DNA from: Dipteris shenzhenensis
Taxonomy: Eukaryota
NCBI GenBank assembly: GCA_047967505.1
Contig: CM106538.1
Strand: one strand, 5' to 3'
DNA: 64,000 nt
Position numbers and translations under genes: made by a program. Of the stretch, positions 34,784-47,466 are shown piece by piece (positions within the stretch are counted from its first letter, which is position 1; each line of letters begins with the position of its first letter). The notes under the pieces were generated by a model. It saw nothing but the letters and a program-made list of their open reading frames with translations. It searched no databases and had not been told where the DNA came from.

Positions 34784-35640
34784 TTGTAATATATTTCACT
34801 CCAAAGTATCAATTCCCAATGCTCGACCTACTTAAAGTACATCATTTCCAATGCTCTGCAAAATTTTATTCAGTTGGATAGTCTCCACTCACTTAAAGTA
34901 GAGCATTCTCAATGCTTCTCTCACTTTATTCCAACCCTTATCCTTATCATAGCGAACACATCGTGCCTTAGTGCACTTGTATTCTTCCATCCTAATCCTT
35001 CCACAAACACTCTCTTATTTCTTACATCCTAGTCCTTCTGATTAACTTGTATTTGTCTTTCACTTTACGTCTTACCTCACTTTCTATCCCTTCAAGAAAC
35101 TCTCTTATTTCTTACATCCTAGTCCTTCTGATTAACTTGTATTTGTCTCACTTTACGTCTTTCCTCACTTTCTATCGCTCTCTCTCACTTGTAATATATT
35201 TCACTCCAAAGTATCAATTCCCAATGCTTCACTCACTTAAAGTATAGCATTCCGAATGCTCTGCAAAATTTTATTCAGTTGGACAATCTCCACTCACTTA
35301 AAGTAGAGCATTCCCAATGCTTCTCTCACTTTATTCCAACCCTTATCCTTATCATAGCAAACACATCGTGCCTTAGTGCGCTTGTATTCTTCCATCCTAG
35401 TCCTTCCACAAACACTCTCTTATTTCTTACATCCTAGTCCTCAGTAACTTGTATTCTTCTATCCTAGTCCTTCCACAAACACTCTCTTCTTTCATCCATC
35501 CTAGTAACTTGTATTCTTCTATCCTAGTTCTTCCATAAACACTCTCTTCTTTCATCCATCCTAGTGCTTCTCATTAACTTGTATTCTTCCATCCTAGTCC
35601 TTCCACAAACACTCTCTTCTTTCTTCCATCCTAGTCCATC
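34784..35640. repeat. Local duplications: a ~405-bp spaced duplicate and ~60-bp tandem units
   Basis: TTGTAATATATTTCACTCCAAAGTATCAATTCCCAATGCT at ~34784 and ~35189. CCTAGTCCTTCCACAAACACTCTCTT repeated through 35395-35635. Confidence 0.85.
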
Positions 35641-35666
35641 TCCCTTTCTTTATCATCTCCCCACCC

Positions 35667-36118
35667 ATGGATGTCCTTGGCATTGTCGAAGACGTGGAGT
35701 TCGGAATTAACAGTCTCAAACAATGGATTGCTGACCAAGGAGTACAGAGAGAGGCCAGAATTCGACAAGGTTCTCTTTGACACAGATGGAGAGAGAGGAA
35801 TTTGATGCACAAAGGCATGCAGAGAGGGAGGAGACTCTCAAGATAGCAGAGAGTGAAAGACTTTTAAGACATATTATAAAGGCACGACAAGATCTCTTAG
35901 ACTTCTTAAGTAACCTTTGTTATCGTAGCTCTTGTCATGGGCGATTTGATGCGGATGCTGAGAGAACAATAAGAGCCTCACAGAGAAATTATAAAGAAAT
36001 AATTTGTGACTGCTTAAATTACTTCTTTGCATGTAATTATGTTGAGGATACAGATGTGGAGATAGTGAAAGATTGGGTTATTGAGAAGATAAGAGAGACC
36101 AATGATGAGATCTTCTAG
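35667..36118 (+). pseudogene. Frameshifted ORF of unknown function (~150 aa, charged, helical-looking)
   Basis: MDVLGIVEDVEFG... from 35667 shifts frame near 35776 into ORF 35777-36118. No recognised motif. Confidence 0.35.
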
Positions 36119-36605
36119 ACTTTGGGTGATTAAGAAGATAAGAGAGACCAAGATGAGATCTTCTAGGAGCTAATGTAAGGTGTTTTTTGACACCATATGG
36201 CTTTGAGTTATATGATCTACTTCTTGTACAAATGTGATGTGCTCTCTTTTAAATGTACTCTAGTTTTGAGAGACCAATGATGAGATCTTCTAGACTTTTG
36301 GTTATTGAGAAGATAAGAGAGACCAAGATGAGATCTTCTAGGGCTATGAGCTAATGTAAGGTGTTTTTTGACACCATATGGCTGAGTTATATGATCTACT
36401 TCTTGTACAAATGTGATGTGCTATTTTTAAAATTTACTCTAGTTTTAATAACATGTCACGCCATTTTTTCTAATTTGATTTTTTAAAATCTTACTTTTTG
36501 TCTCTTTTAACAATGTGATGTCCTCTCTTTTTAATGTACTCTAGTTTTAATAACATCTCACGTCATTTTTTCTACTTTGATTTTTTAAAATCTTCCTTTT
36601 TGACT
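36070..36605. repeat. Nested short tandem duplications
   Basis: GAGAGACCAA(T/G)ATGAGATCTTCTAG occurs 4 times; a ~180-bp block is duplicated (36090-36270 / 36270-36450). Confidence 0.8.
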
Positions 36606-37672
36606 CAATGTTTTGTTTTATAAGAGCCTCTTTTTTTGAAAATTTTTATCCGAAATTATCTCACAAAATGAATTTGGACAGTGTACCAGTCCAAAATTAA
36701 TGAAATAGGTGTTCTTCCCTCAAGATGATGATTCTGGCGAATCGAAGAAGAAGGATTGAGCATTACATTCCACTCACATTACATCACACCCCTTTAATGG
36801 GAATGTCCTTCCTCTACATCAAACCAAGAGCTAGTCGGTGTTTCTCAAATAGCTCTTTACTGAGTGGTTTGGTAAAGATGTCTGCAACATTCTCTTTGCT
36901 ATCACAATGCTGCAGTGTGATGTCACCAAGTAACACTCTTTCTCTGATGAAGTGCTCTCTGACATCAATGTGCTTTTTCCTAGAGTGATATACTGGATTC
37001 TTGGCCAATGCTTGAGCCGATTGATTATCACAGTATATTGTTGTTGGCTTTGACTCATCAAAGTAATCTATTTCTAACAATAGTCTTCTGAGCCATATAG
37101 CCTCACATGCACCTGTAGTTAGTGCTCTATATTTTGCTTCAGTTGAAGACAAAGAAACAGTTGGTTGTTTGTTTGACAACCATGATATAGCACCTTGACC
37201 AAGGAAAAATGCATATCCCTGGGTCGATCTCCTAGTCTCATGATCTTCGGCATAGTCACAATCATAGTATTTATGCAACCATGGATGACTTTCTTTATAT
37301 TCTATCCCAAACTGTCTTGTACCTCTTATGTATCTCAAGACTCTTTTGGCTCCATTCCAATGAGACTGTTGCCATAAACTGTGCTAGTGAGCTTACTGCA
37401 TAACAAATATATGGCCGTGTGATTGTCAGATATATAAGAGATCCGATGAGTTGCCTGTAGTATCTGTCATTGACTGTAGGCTTTTTTGAATCTTTAGTAA
37501 GTTTCAAACTTTGCTCCATGGGAGTGGCTGCAATCTTTTTTTTTTTTTTTTGCCAAAAAAATAGTGCTAATTATATTACTTCGAGAACAAGATACAAGAG
37601 GTCAGCTTATAGCTGACGGCTGTGTTCACAAATCGGACGCAGCCCTAAAAGGTAGCAAAATAAACCATCCTC

Positions 37673-40600
37673 TCATGGAGGGATAAGACGAGTATGAGTG
37701 AACAGCCATCGGGGTGGTGAGTAATGCCACCGAAGGCCCTGCGTAGTCTGCGCGAAGAAGAGGCCCTGTGTGTCCCAAGCCCGGAGGAAGCGTCTCCGCT
37801 TCTCCTGACCGGCCCGGGAGTCTCCCTGAATCTGGTCCCACTGGCCTCTGAGAGTATGAATAATCTCACTCCAAATCTCCGCCATGATCTGGGCAGTAGA
37901 TAAGGAGGTGCCACCTAGGATCTGCGCGCAGCGTGAGGTCCAGATGTGCCACCCTGTGATGCTGCTAATAATCTCCCAGAATGGCTGCCTCTCCTGGACT
38001 CCTGTATCAGCCTCTGCTAGGTGCTGTGGGATGCCCTCGAGCGGTCCCCACATCCCCTGTGTAATAAGGAAAGTGGGGTCCTGCTGGCATGCCTCGAATA
38101 AGTGATGAAGACCAGGTGCGGTGCTGCACCAACAGAACGCGCCCCAAGTGATCAATCCTAGCTCTGGTGCTGCGCGAGTAAGAATCCCAAAAGTCCACCT
38201 CCACACTTCCTGGGCGCGCGTGCAGCTCCACAGGCAGTGTTTTGGTGTCTCCTCATCCGCATGGCAAATCTGGCAGCAACCGTCCTGGCCTATCTGCCTC
38301 AACCAGCTCCCCACTGGAAGACCTTTGTGGGCAAGAAGCCACAGGAAGTATGAGATCTTCCGCGGCCGCCAGCTCTCCCACAAGGCCTTCTAGAATGCCT
38401 GCAAAAAGAACCTAGAAATACCCTGTGCGTACCAGCTGGGTCGCTGGGTGGGGGGGCGGCTCTGCATCCTCCTGAGAACTCGCCTGGAGTCGTACTGTAG
38501 GCGAAGAAGGAGGTCGGCCCCTGTCCTGTCACAATCTCTGGCCACCACCACTCTCCTGGGTCCCACTCAAGCTCTGACAAGGCCCGCCCCTCCCAGAGCC
38601 AAAGGCGCCAAAGCTGCACCTGGTCCTGCTCGATGCTAGGGTCGGTACGCCAGACCTTCCCCAAGAGGCCTACGACCCGAACCCTCTGCCACGGGAGTAG
38701 CGGGTCGATGAGCGCACCCTCTCTCCTGAGTCGGCCATCCCCAGAGACCGCGAAGAAGGAGATAGAAGAGTCATCCAAACGTCCTGCGATCACCAGTGGA
38801 ATGCCGCGGGGGGTGAACTGTCCCAGCCAGCGGGTGTCACTAGGCATGAGAATCTGATGCTCAGGTGGAACCAACCAAGCAGCTGGGATCGCACCGTCGA
38901 TCTCCGTACGTCTCGCCTGGGCTCCACGTGCACCTCCAACTGCGTCTGCAAGATCAGTCATCTCCAGATGTCTGTACGTATCCCTCCAAACACAAAGGGA
39001 TCGGGCTGGCCCCCTCATCCAGCCGTCCCACCTGATATGTGATCTCTCCCCCAACTGAAGACCCTCGGCATCTCTGACCTGACCGTTCCAGATAAGCGGC
39101 TGTCGATCGATCTCCTCCTGACAGCTGGGAGGGGACTGAAAGAGACTGAGACGGAGCCGCCTCCAAACCATGAGGAGGCTACGAACGAGTGGGGAGCGGG
39201 GCTGAGTGAGCGGGGCGGAAGTGAAGATCCACCTGAGGGACGGTAGCCACTCTCCACCTCGGCGTGGGACACAAGAGCCGACTCCCTGCTGAAGTAACAT
39301 CTTCCACGTCTGTCCCCCTGGGGTCAAAAACCGCGAATGATAAGCTTGCCTAACAAGGCCTGACTCTGAAGCTCTGGATCAATGACCCCCAGACCACCCT
39401 CAGCCTGCGGAAGAATGACTGTCTGCCAAGCAACCCTGGCTCTGGTATCTCTATGCCCATCCTCCCCAGACCAAAGGAAGTTCCGAACCAACCTCCTGAG
39501 CTGTGCCACGCTGGATCTCGAGAAGCACCAGCAGGAAGCCACATACCAAGCCGTGGCTAGGAGGACCTGGTTAACTACCAAGGCACGACCTGCAAGGGAA
39601 AGCTTAGCAGTGCTCCAGAAAGCCAGCTTCCGTCGGATGGAATCTAGCACCGGGAGAAACTGCTGAGCTGGCGTGATGTCTAGGCCAACCTGGAAGCCAA
39701 GGTATCTAGCTGTCTGTCCACGTGGAATCCATCTGAAACCCAGAAATCGCCCCCACTGAGAACACGCCCCCGGGTCTGTGAGAAAACCAACTGATTTGTT
39801 CCAGTTGATTTTCGCACCAGCGGCCGAGCAGAAAACCTCCAGGGCCATCCGCACCCTCTCTAGCATCCTCTCATCGTCCTGGACATAAAGGCTGTATCAT
39901 CTGCGTACTCCGAGTCTAGAAGCTCCGTGTCCTCCTGGAGTGGAAGGCGAACACCCCTGAGCCCTGTGGACCTCGCCCGAAGGTAGTAAGTCATGGCCTC
40001 GGCGAAGAAGAGAAACAGGTAAGGAGCCAGGGGACAGCCCTGACGTACTGATCTCTCCAAGCTAAAGCGCTCACCCATCCTACCTCCAATGATGACTTTG
40101 CTAGACGCTGTCCTGTACAAAGCTGAGATACCCTGAATCCAACCTGCCGGGAAACCTAGCCGCTCCAGAGTCCCCTCCAAAAAGGACCAGTCCACGCGAT
40201 CGTAGGCCTTCTCGAAGTCGAGAAGTAAAATGGCAAGGTGTGATCCGCTGTACTGAGCCCACTCCGCCGCCTCTGAAAAGGTGAAGACATTATCCAGGAT
40301 ACTGCGATCCTGGACAAAGCCTGTCTGAGTGTCATGGACGAGGTCTGGAAGTAGAGGCCGAACTCTGGCACTGATCATCTTGGCGAGGATTTTGTAGGTA
40401 GTGGTAAGGAGAGTGATCGGACGCCACTGGCGGATCTCCTGTCTATCTCCTCCCTTTGGGATGAGGCAAATCAGTCCTGAGGAAAGGCTCTCTGGCATCT
40501 GACCGCTGCTGAAAATCCCCTGCAGAGCTGCAAGGAGGGGCTGATGGATCTGGTCCCAGAAGGAGGTGAAAAATGCTCGGGATAGCCCATCCTCACCTGG

Positions 40601-42061
40601 GCATTTCTGTCCGTCGATAGCCATCAAGGCCTCCAACATCTCATCTGAGGTGAACGGTGGCAACAACGTCGCCTGCATGCTAGGCTGGACCAGGGATGGA
40701 ATGTGCCTCCACACCTCCTCACGGGCACGACTAGCACGAGGGGCAAGCGGCTCCTGCTAGAAGAGGGTCCTGTAGAAGTCAGTGGCCAACCCCAGGACCT
40801 CCCCCGGATCCGTAACGATGTGACCATCCGCTGTCCTGAGACTCTGAAGCTGATCACCTGCAGCTCTCTGGCCGTGCGTCCTGAAGAACTCCCTGCACAT
40901 CCGGTCACCCTTCCGGGCCCAGAAGGAGAGAGAGGCGTGATAGGAGAACTCGGAGCGACGCTGGAGGGTCTCCTCCAGGAGGGCTCTGGCTCGAAGGGCC
41001 TAGATCCGAAGCTCCTCCGAGCCCGGGGAAGCCTGTTGAAGTCGCTGAATGGAGGCGAGGTCCCTCCGAAGAGCTCTCTCTCTGCCCCACCAATCCTGTC
41101 GAACCTGTAGGGCTGCGAGCTGGCAGATCTGGCTGGACTCCTGCAGAGCCTGCGCGACCGAGTCTACCAGATCCACGCCCTCCCCCCAGTCTCTGTCCCA
41201 AAGACTGCAAATGCTGCTGCGCACGTCCACCCTCGAGAAGATGGAGTCGGGAATCCTGCATGATCGGGGGGGGAGAGTCTGGGCTGCCGAATCTAATGAT
41301 AGGAGCACAGGCGCATGGTCGGAGAGTGTCGTCCCTGGAACTATACCCGCCTGGCCGCCTCTGCTGATGGCCCAATCACTGACATAAAATCTATCAAGCC
41401 TCTCTAGGAGTCTGCCTCCTTCCCTGCGGAAGTCCCAAGAGAAGTCCAGGCTCCCGTGCCAACGCCGGAAGGACGGGTCTCTCCAACTGTCCCTCCCTCC
41501 TGTCGCGAAGATGAAAGAGTCCCAAGCTGACTGCTCTGCCTGAGCCATACCTATGAACTCCGGATCTCTGCCCTGCTGGTTCTCCAAGGTCTCCAGGTTG
41601 TTGAAGTCTCCTCCAACAATCCAGGAATCCATGTCTGGAAGAATCCCTGTAAGTGTCCTCCAGAAGGTGGCTCTGCATCGGAGGTCTGTGGGAGCATAAA
41701 TGTTGAGGATTCCTATTTTGGATCCCTCCAAATTCAGGCCTACCCAAAGGGCTCGGCCTGGGATCAACGTGCCGTGACCGAAAACTTCCTGGGCTAACTG
41801 CTCGCACACGGAGGTACAGACACCCCCACTCCTCCCCTGTGCGCCGATCGAAGGCTCCCAATAAGTGTAGGAGCGTCCAGGGAGAACCTTCCCGCAGCTA
41901 CGGGAATGAGCCGCAGAAAGCTTGTGCTCCTGGAGCAAAAGTACATCCAATCGACCAATCACTGCAGGCTGAAGTTCCTGTCGCAAAATGAGCTTCCTGG
42001 GACCACGGGTGCCCGAAGAGTGAAACCCGTTCACATTCCAGGATACGAGGTGTAGGCTCAT
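37673..42061 (-). pseudogene. LINE ORF2 (APE endonuclease, RT, zf-RVT), broken by stops and frameshifts
   Basis: Motifs SWNVNG, LLQEH, GGDFN, RLDRFY, SDH; WRPITLL, DFEKAYD, VRQGCPLAP, YADD; CQICHADEETPKHCLWSC. Confidence 0.95.
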
Positions 42062-42148
42062 GGAGAGGGATGGGGGGCTGCGAACAGCTGTCTACTCGCG
42101 GTCGAAGTCAAAGAAGAATCAGACATATCGGAATGGAGGTGCTGCCGC

Positions 42149-44063
42149 TTATGAGAAGGTTTGGAGGGGGAGATGGGGTCGTCCTGCCCGTTCTTCAACA
42201 CCTTCAGCAATGGCGAGAGGCCTCTGGTGCCATGAGCAAATGCTTTCTCGAGCCAGCTCGAGATCTATGAAGTGGTCATCCCGTAGAAGGTTCGGAGTTT
42301 CTGTTGGGACCAAGCTCATACATCCTAGGGAAGAGGCCATGACAGGGGGGGTCTGAGGATCACAATCAGTCGGAAACGTTTGGCAGCGCAACGCCACCGC
42401 AAGCGCACATCGCCCTCGGACCACTGAGTCTCGAGGAGCTGCCCACCGGACGGGCCTATCCAAGAGCAAATCTGGGCGTGTGTCTGCTCTCTGAGAGCCT
42501 CCCAAACCGAGTCGTCTGTCCAGGTCTCGGTGCCATCGCTGAGGAACGTGAAAGCGAAGCTAGGGCCATCCCTGGGAGCCAAGGCAGCAATCTTCCCATC
42601 CGCCCCTTTGCGGAGCAGGAAGATACTAATGTCGAGACAAGCCGGGAAGGTCCCAAGGTCGGCCACATCCAGGTAGTCCCAGGGGCCAGATCTGTAAAAG
42701 TCTCGAGGAAGCTCTCTCTCCTGGAGCTGAGACCCAGCTGAGTCTGCCACTGAGGGGCTAGCGGGAAGGGAAGCCTGCTCCACTGGTGGTATAGACTCCG
42801 GGTGTCCTGCCATCGGGGGGGGAGGGGGAGGAGGCTGCGGGATAGGCGACTCGGGCTCCACGGAGGCGACTGGCGGAGAAGGTGGAGGAGGTGGAGCGGG
42901 GGCTGCACTCGGCTGGAAAGCCGACGGTGCAGCTAACTCTGTAGGAGAGGCGAGGGGGACAGGGGGGGGAGGGAGATGGGGATGCATCTGGAACTGGGGC
43001 TGAGGGGGAGGAGGAGGAGACTGAGGAAGAGGAGGCGGGGGCTGAAACTGCGGGTCGGGCGAAGGGGGGGGAAACTGGGGAGAAGGCGGGGGGGTGGGAG
43101 AGAGGAGGATCTGAGGCTGTGGAGGGCGGGCTGCCGTCGAAGAAGAAGCTCTCCCAGGTCCCTGGGGCATCTGCCTGTCAGGTCTCTGGAGTGCTGCTGC
43201 AGGAAGGGTAACCTCTGCCTCCTTGCCTTTATCCGAAATCTTCTTGTTCTTTCCTCTTTTCCTTTGAACCTCGGTCCAACCGCCCACTACCTCTGGACCA
43301 GGCTCCGACTGCCTCGGCTCCTCCTGACGTGGCTGTCTGGGGGGGGGGGTGGCGGGGAGGGTCGAGACGAGCTGGCGAAGCGTGGACAAGCAGCCGCCAA
43401 GTGCCCAAAGCCGTGGCACCGCAGGCACTGACCTAGCTGTCCAGTGACTATCATGCTCTGGGTGATGCTGCCGGCACCTGTCACAATCTCGATCACTGCA
43501 GGGAGAGTCGCAGGATCCGCCACAGCCACACGGACTCGGGGAGCTCCTGCCGTGGTCACCGCGTCGGCAAAGGTGTCGTGCATAACCCAGCCAAAATGGG
43601 AGCCCAAGTCCCTGACAATCGGCCACAGCTCAGTAGCAAGCCCTGGAAAAACTAGTGTCACTGGGTGGCAAGGTATACGGAACCGAACATCGAAATCCGC
43701 TGCGCTGAAACCACGGTACCACGGGACTATCATGATGATCTTCCCATCCACCGATGTGGGGGAACCGGCAATCAGATTGCTCGCAGCTTTCTCACTGGAG
43801 AGTTTGAGCCAGAAGATGCCCCTTCCCATAAGGGCCACCTCCTCAATATGGCCATCCTCTAGCAGGAGAGTGGACTGGAGCCTGTCCCTGATGGTAGACC
43901 TGGAGGGGGAGTGTCCAATGACTCTACCATAAACAGAGGTACGAGCAAAGTCAATGGCTACCTCCTGAACACGAGATGATTGTTGCTCTGTCAGGATAAC
44001 GCGGTAGGCATCTGGAGAGGGAGGGTCCGATTGGGCCTCCGGATCCGGGCAGGGGGCCGCCAT
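42149..44063 (-). pseudogene. LINE ORF1 (RRM/DUF4283-like, zinc knuckle, proline-rich, extra C-terminal region)
   Basis: MAAPCPDP start at 44063; CLRCHGFGHLAAAC; frameshift in the G-run at ~43340. The 3' end is approximate. Confidence 0.8.
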
Positions 44064-44339
44064 ACCGCCAAGACTAACTGCAAGCTTCCGATGAGGAAAA
44101 AACAGGCTGCCACCCAAGAAGGGGATGAAGCGGGAGGTGGAGCCTGGGGGTGAGGCGGGCGAGGCGAAGTGAGGGGACGGGGGGGTCGAAACGGAGGGCG
44201 GGGTGAAGGCTGCGGGGTGCGGGGAGTATGGAAGGGCGCGGGAGGGCGGGGGGGGTGGGGTTGGAATGGCGGGGGTGGAGGGGTGAAGCGGGGGGCGGGG
44301 AGAGCGGAATGAGGCGGGGGCGGGTGAAGCGAGGGGGTG

Positions 44340-44680
44340 AAAGAGCAACGAGGGGGCGGGTTGGAGCGGGGTGGATGGCGAGGGAGCAGCGAGGGGCGGG
44401 TTGGAGCGGAGGCGAGGCGAGGGCGAGGGCGGGTTGGAGCGGAGGGGGCGGGTTGGAGCGGAGGCGAGGGGGTGGGTTGGAGCAGAGGCGAGGCGAGGGC
44501 GAGGCGGGTTGGAGCGGAGGGGGCGGGTTGGAGCGGCGGCGAGGGGCGGGTTGGAGCGGGGGCGAGGGGCGGGTTGGAGTGGAGGCGAGGGGGTGGGTTG
44601 GAGCGAGGGGGCGGGATGGAGCGAAGGCGAGGGGGCGGGTTGGAGCGAGGGGGCGGGTTGGAGCGGAGGTGAGGCGAGGG
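44340..44680 (-). repeat. GC-rich tandem repeat in the LINE 5' UTR
   Basis: About 12 copies of GGG(C/T)GGGTTGGAGCG on the + strand. Confidence 0.9.
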
Positions 44681-45569
44681 GCAACGAGGTGGCCGGCGGG
44701 GGGGGGGGGGGGAGGGGGGACGGGGGTCGAGGGCGGAGGGGGAGGGGTGGAGGTGGTCGCGGCGAGGGGGGAGCTAGGGGGAGGTAGGGCTAACGGCGAG
44801 AGGGGGAGGGGAAGCTCGCAGGAGCTCAAGATGGCTATGAGTGGCTGCAATCTTGCAATCTGCCATATGAAACTTCTTCAAGAGACTGTCAACATACTTG
44901 AGTTGACACATGAATGTGCCATTTGAATCTCTCCAGAACTCAATTCCAAGACAATAGTGCATAAGTCCAAGATCTTTCATGTCGAACTCTATAGATAAGT
45001 CTTGTTTCAATTTTCTGATGAAGCTATCCTTGCTTCCTGTCACAATCAGATCATCTACGTACAAAAGTGCAATAGTAATTTCTTCCCCTTAAACTTTGTA
45101 GTAGAGAGTATGATCTGCATTGGATTTCATGTATCCTAGATCAGCAAAATACTTGTCAATTCTACTGTACCAACTTCTAGGTGCTTGTTTTAAGCTGTAG
45201 AGACTTTTCTTGAGATGGCAAACCTTATTCTCCTTTCCTGGTTCAACATAGCCTACTAGTTGTTGTATGTAGACTTCCTCGTCTAGGTCATCTGGGGCTC
45301 CAAATGGGGCCCCACAGCTCAAGAGTGGGCTACCTCAAGAAATGCTCCGTCTACCCTTAGTGCGGTTAGTCATGGGATGCCTTCCCGCACTTGCATGTAG
45401 CCTAGTTGGCAGTGTGCCAACTCTATTTAAAGCCGTCCAGCCATCAGGCCACACATGGCCCCCATCTGGTGTCCAAACCAAGACCTACCGGATAACCGAG
45501 CTACTCAAATGCCTTCTCCTCATATGGGGGGCTTATAAGTAGAGTTAGCTGGTTCTCGAGTAATGACAT

Positions 45570-46560
45570 GAGAGCAGAGCATTGATATCTAACACATGCA
45601 TCATGCTTGGGTGTATAAAATAATGCCTCAATGGCCTTCGAGGAGTGCAAATGGGACCAAATGGCCATGATACTTTACACAACCCTTAAAATCACCTAAT
45701 TTAAGGCCTATCCAAATTATTATTCCCATTGTGTACCATTTTCATGGCCAATATGCCATATTTGTATGTTTGTGCCCATGCATCATGCATGGGCATACAA
45801 AGAAATGCCTCAACAATGCAAAGTCTTAAAATCACATAACTTAAAAATTGGGAGCCATGGCCATGATACTTTACACCAAACTTAAAATCAACTACTTTGA
45901 GGCTGGTGCAAAGCATCATGCCATCGGTTACCATTTGCATGGTCAAGTAGCCATACTTTCATGTTTTGGACCATGCATCATGCATGGATATACAGAAACA
46001 TGACTTGGTATTCTTATAAGAATGCAAAAGGGTCTTGATGGCCATGATAATTTTCATGGGAATTAAAAGGACATAATTTAAGACCCATGCAAAGTATCAT
46101 GCCCATCAGGTACCATTTGCATGGTCAAGAGTCCATATTGCCATGCTTTTGCCCATGCATCATGTATGGGCATCCAAAATAATGCCTCGGTGTCCTTCTA
46201 GGAATGCCAAAGGGACCCAATGTCTATGCTAAGTTTCATGGGACTTAAAATCACCTACTTTAAGGCTCATGAAAAGTATCATGACCATCGGATACCATTT
46301 GCATGGTCAAGAAGCAATATTTCCATGTTTTTTCCCATGCATCATACATGGATGTACAAAGAAATTCCTCGATGGTCTTGTAAGCATGCAAATTGGAACC
46401 AAAGGCCATGATAATTTGTAAAAGTCTTAAATAACTTAAGGCTTGTACAAATTATCATCTCCATCGCGAGTACCATTTGCATGGTTAAGAAGCCATATGT
46501 TTTGGCCCATGCATCACATGGGAGTGCAAAAAAATGCCTTGGTGGTCATAATGATATGTC
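45570..46560 (+). repeat. Diverged ~180-bp tandem repeat related to the main satellite (same orientation)
   Basis: GCAAAGTATCATG(C)CCATC.G.TACCATTTGCATGGTCAAG at ~45908, 46089, 46270 and 46446. Confidence 0.75.
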
Positions 46561-46930
46561 ATAATTGTATGCTATACAAATCAAACTCTATGAGAACATG
46601 GTACCCCCATGAGAGTTTCATGGTGTAACTTAACATTCTTTGGATCACAAAATTGACTATACAACGTCCTATCCATGAAACATTTCATCGACACTTTTAT
46701 GGACAAAAATATTGACTCTAGTAGAATTCCAGAGAGATTTTGAATAAAAATATAGATGGAATATAGAATTTTCAACAATAATAAAAAATAATATCTAGTT
46801 GTTCCATGTTTTGTTGTCATGTATGGATTATGCAATAACCTAGCTGTTGCTGTAAATATGAAGTGTAACCTTTGTAGATCTCTTCAAGCTCATCGAAATC
46901 CAAAGAAGAGAGTACTAAGAGAAAATATTT

Positions 46931-47466
46931 ATCAATGAGCCTTGTGTGATTGTGCACAATGAAAAGCACAAATAAGGAGACTAGACACCATATCAATATC
47001 ACACATATAGAGACATGAACACTTCCAAGCTTTACCTGAGATAGAGCTGAACGAAGAGGTAGAAAACTTGTTTTGCCTTGTTTTTTAGTGAATAATTTGT
47101 CTTTTCATGTGACTTTGTTGAGTCAATTAACTTAATTATTTTCATGCAGGGAGATGAAATTGTTTCAGAAAGTGTGAGAGCACATGCATTGCAATCATTA
47201 TCAATGAGCCTTGTGTGATTGTGCACTATGCAAAGGACAAATAAGGAGACTAGACACCATATCAATATCACACATATAGAGACATGAACACTTCCAAGCT
47301 TTACCTGAGATAGAGATGAACGAAGAGGTAGAAAACTTGTTTTTCCTTGTGTTTTAGTGAATAATTTCTCTTTTCATGTGACTTTGTTGAGTCAATTAAC
47401 TTAATTATTTTCATGTAGGGAGATGAAATTGTTTCGGAAAGTGTGAGAGCACATACATTGCAATCA
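46931..47466. repeat. ~269-bp tandem duplication
   Basis: ATCAATGAGCCTTGTGTGATTGTGCAC at 46931 and 47200, with near-identical downstream sequence. Confidence 0.9.

Larger units (their letters stand above)
37538..44838 (-). mobile_element. Full-length L1-clade LINE (~7.3 kb)
   Basis: Poly(A) tail (T run 37536-37551); perfect 16-bp TSD GAGTGGCTGCAATCTT (37522-37537 / 44839-44854); ORF1 and ORF2; GC-rich. Confidence 0.97.
36710..45291 (-). mobile_element. 5'-truncated Copia (Copia-3): RT end, RNase H and short 3' LTR, split by a LINE
   Basis: DLDEEVY and LYVDDLI (44855-45291) join TRPYICYAV, SSTEAKY and HIDVREHFIRE...ADIFTK (36814-37537). PPT CCCATTAAAGGGG, then a TG...CA segment at 36710-36788. 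Confidence 0.9.

Noticed and set aside
36670-36709. Helitron 3' end
   Set aside because: A hairpin is present, but there is no CTRR terminus at the expected distance and no Rep/helicase.
44074-44926. Long Pro-rich and Gly/Arg-rich ORFs on both strands
   Set aside because: Stop-free GC tandem repeat in the LINE 5' UTR. ORF1 more plausibly starts at 44063.
45292-45560. Unassigned ~270-bp segment after the Copia-3 truncation
   Set aside because: No recognisable motif, repeat partner or convincing ORF in this window.
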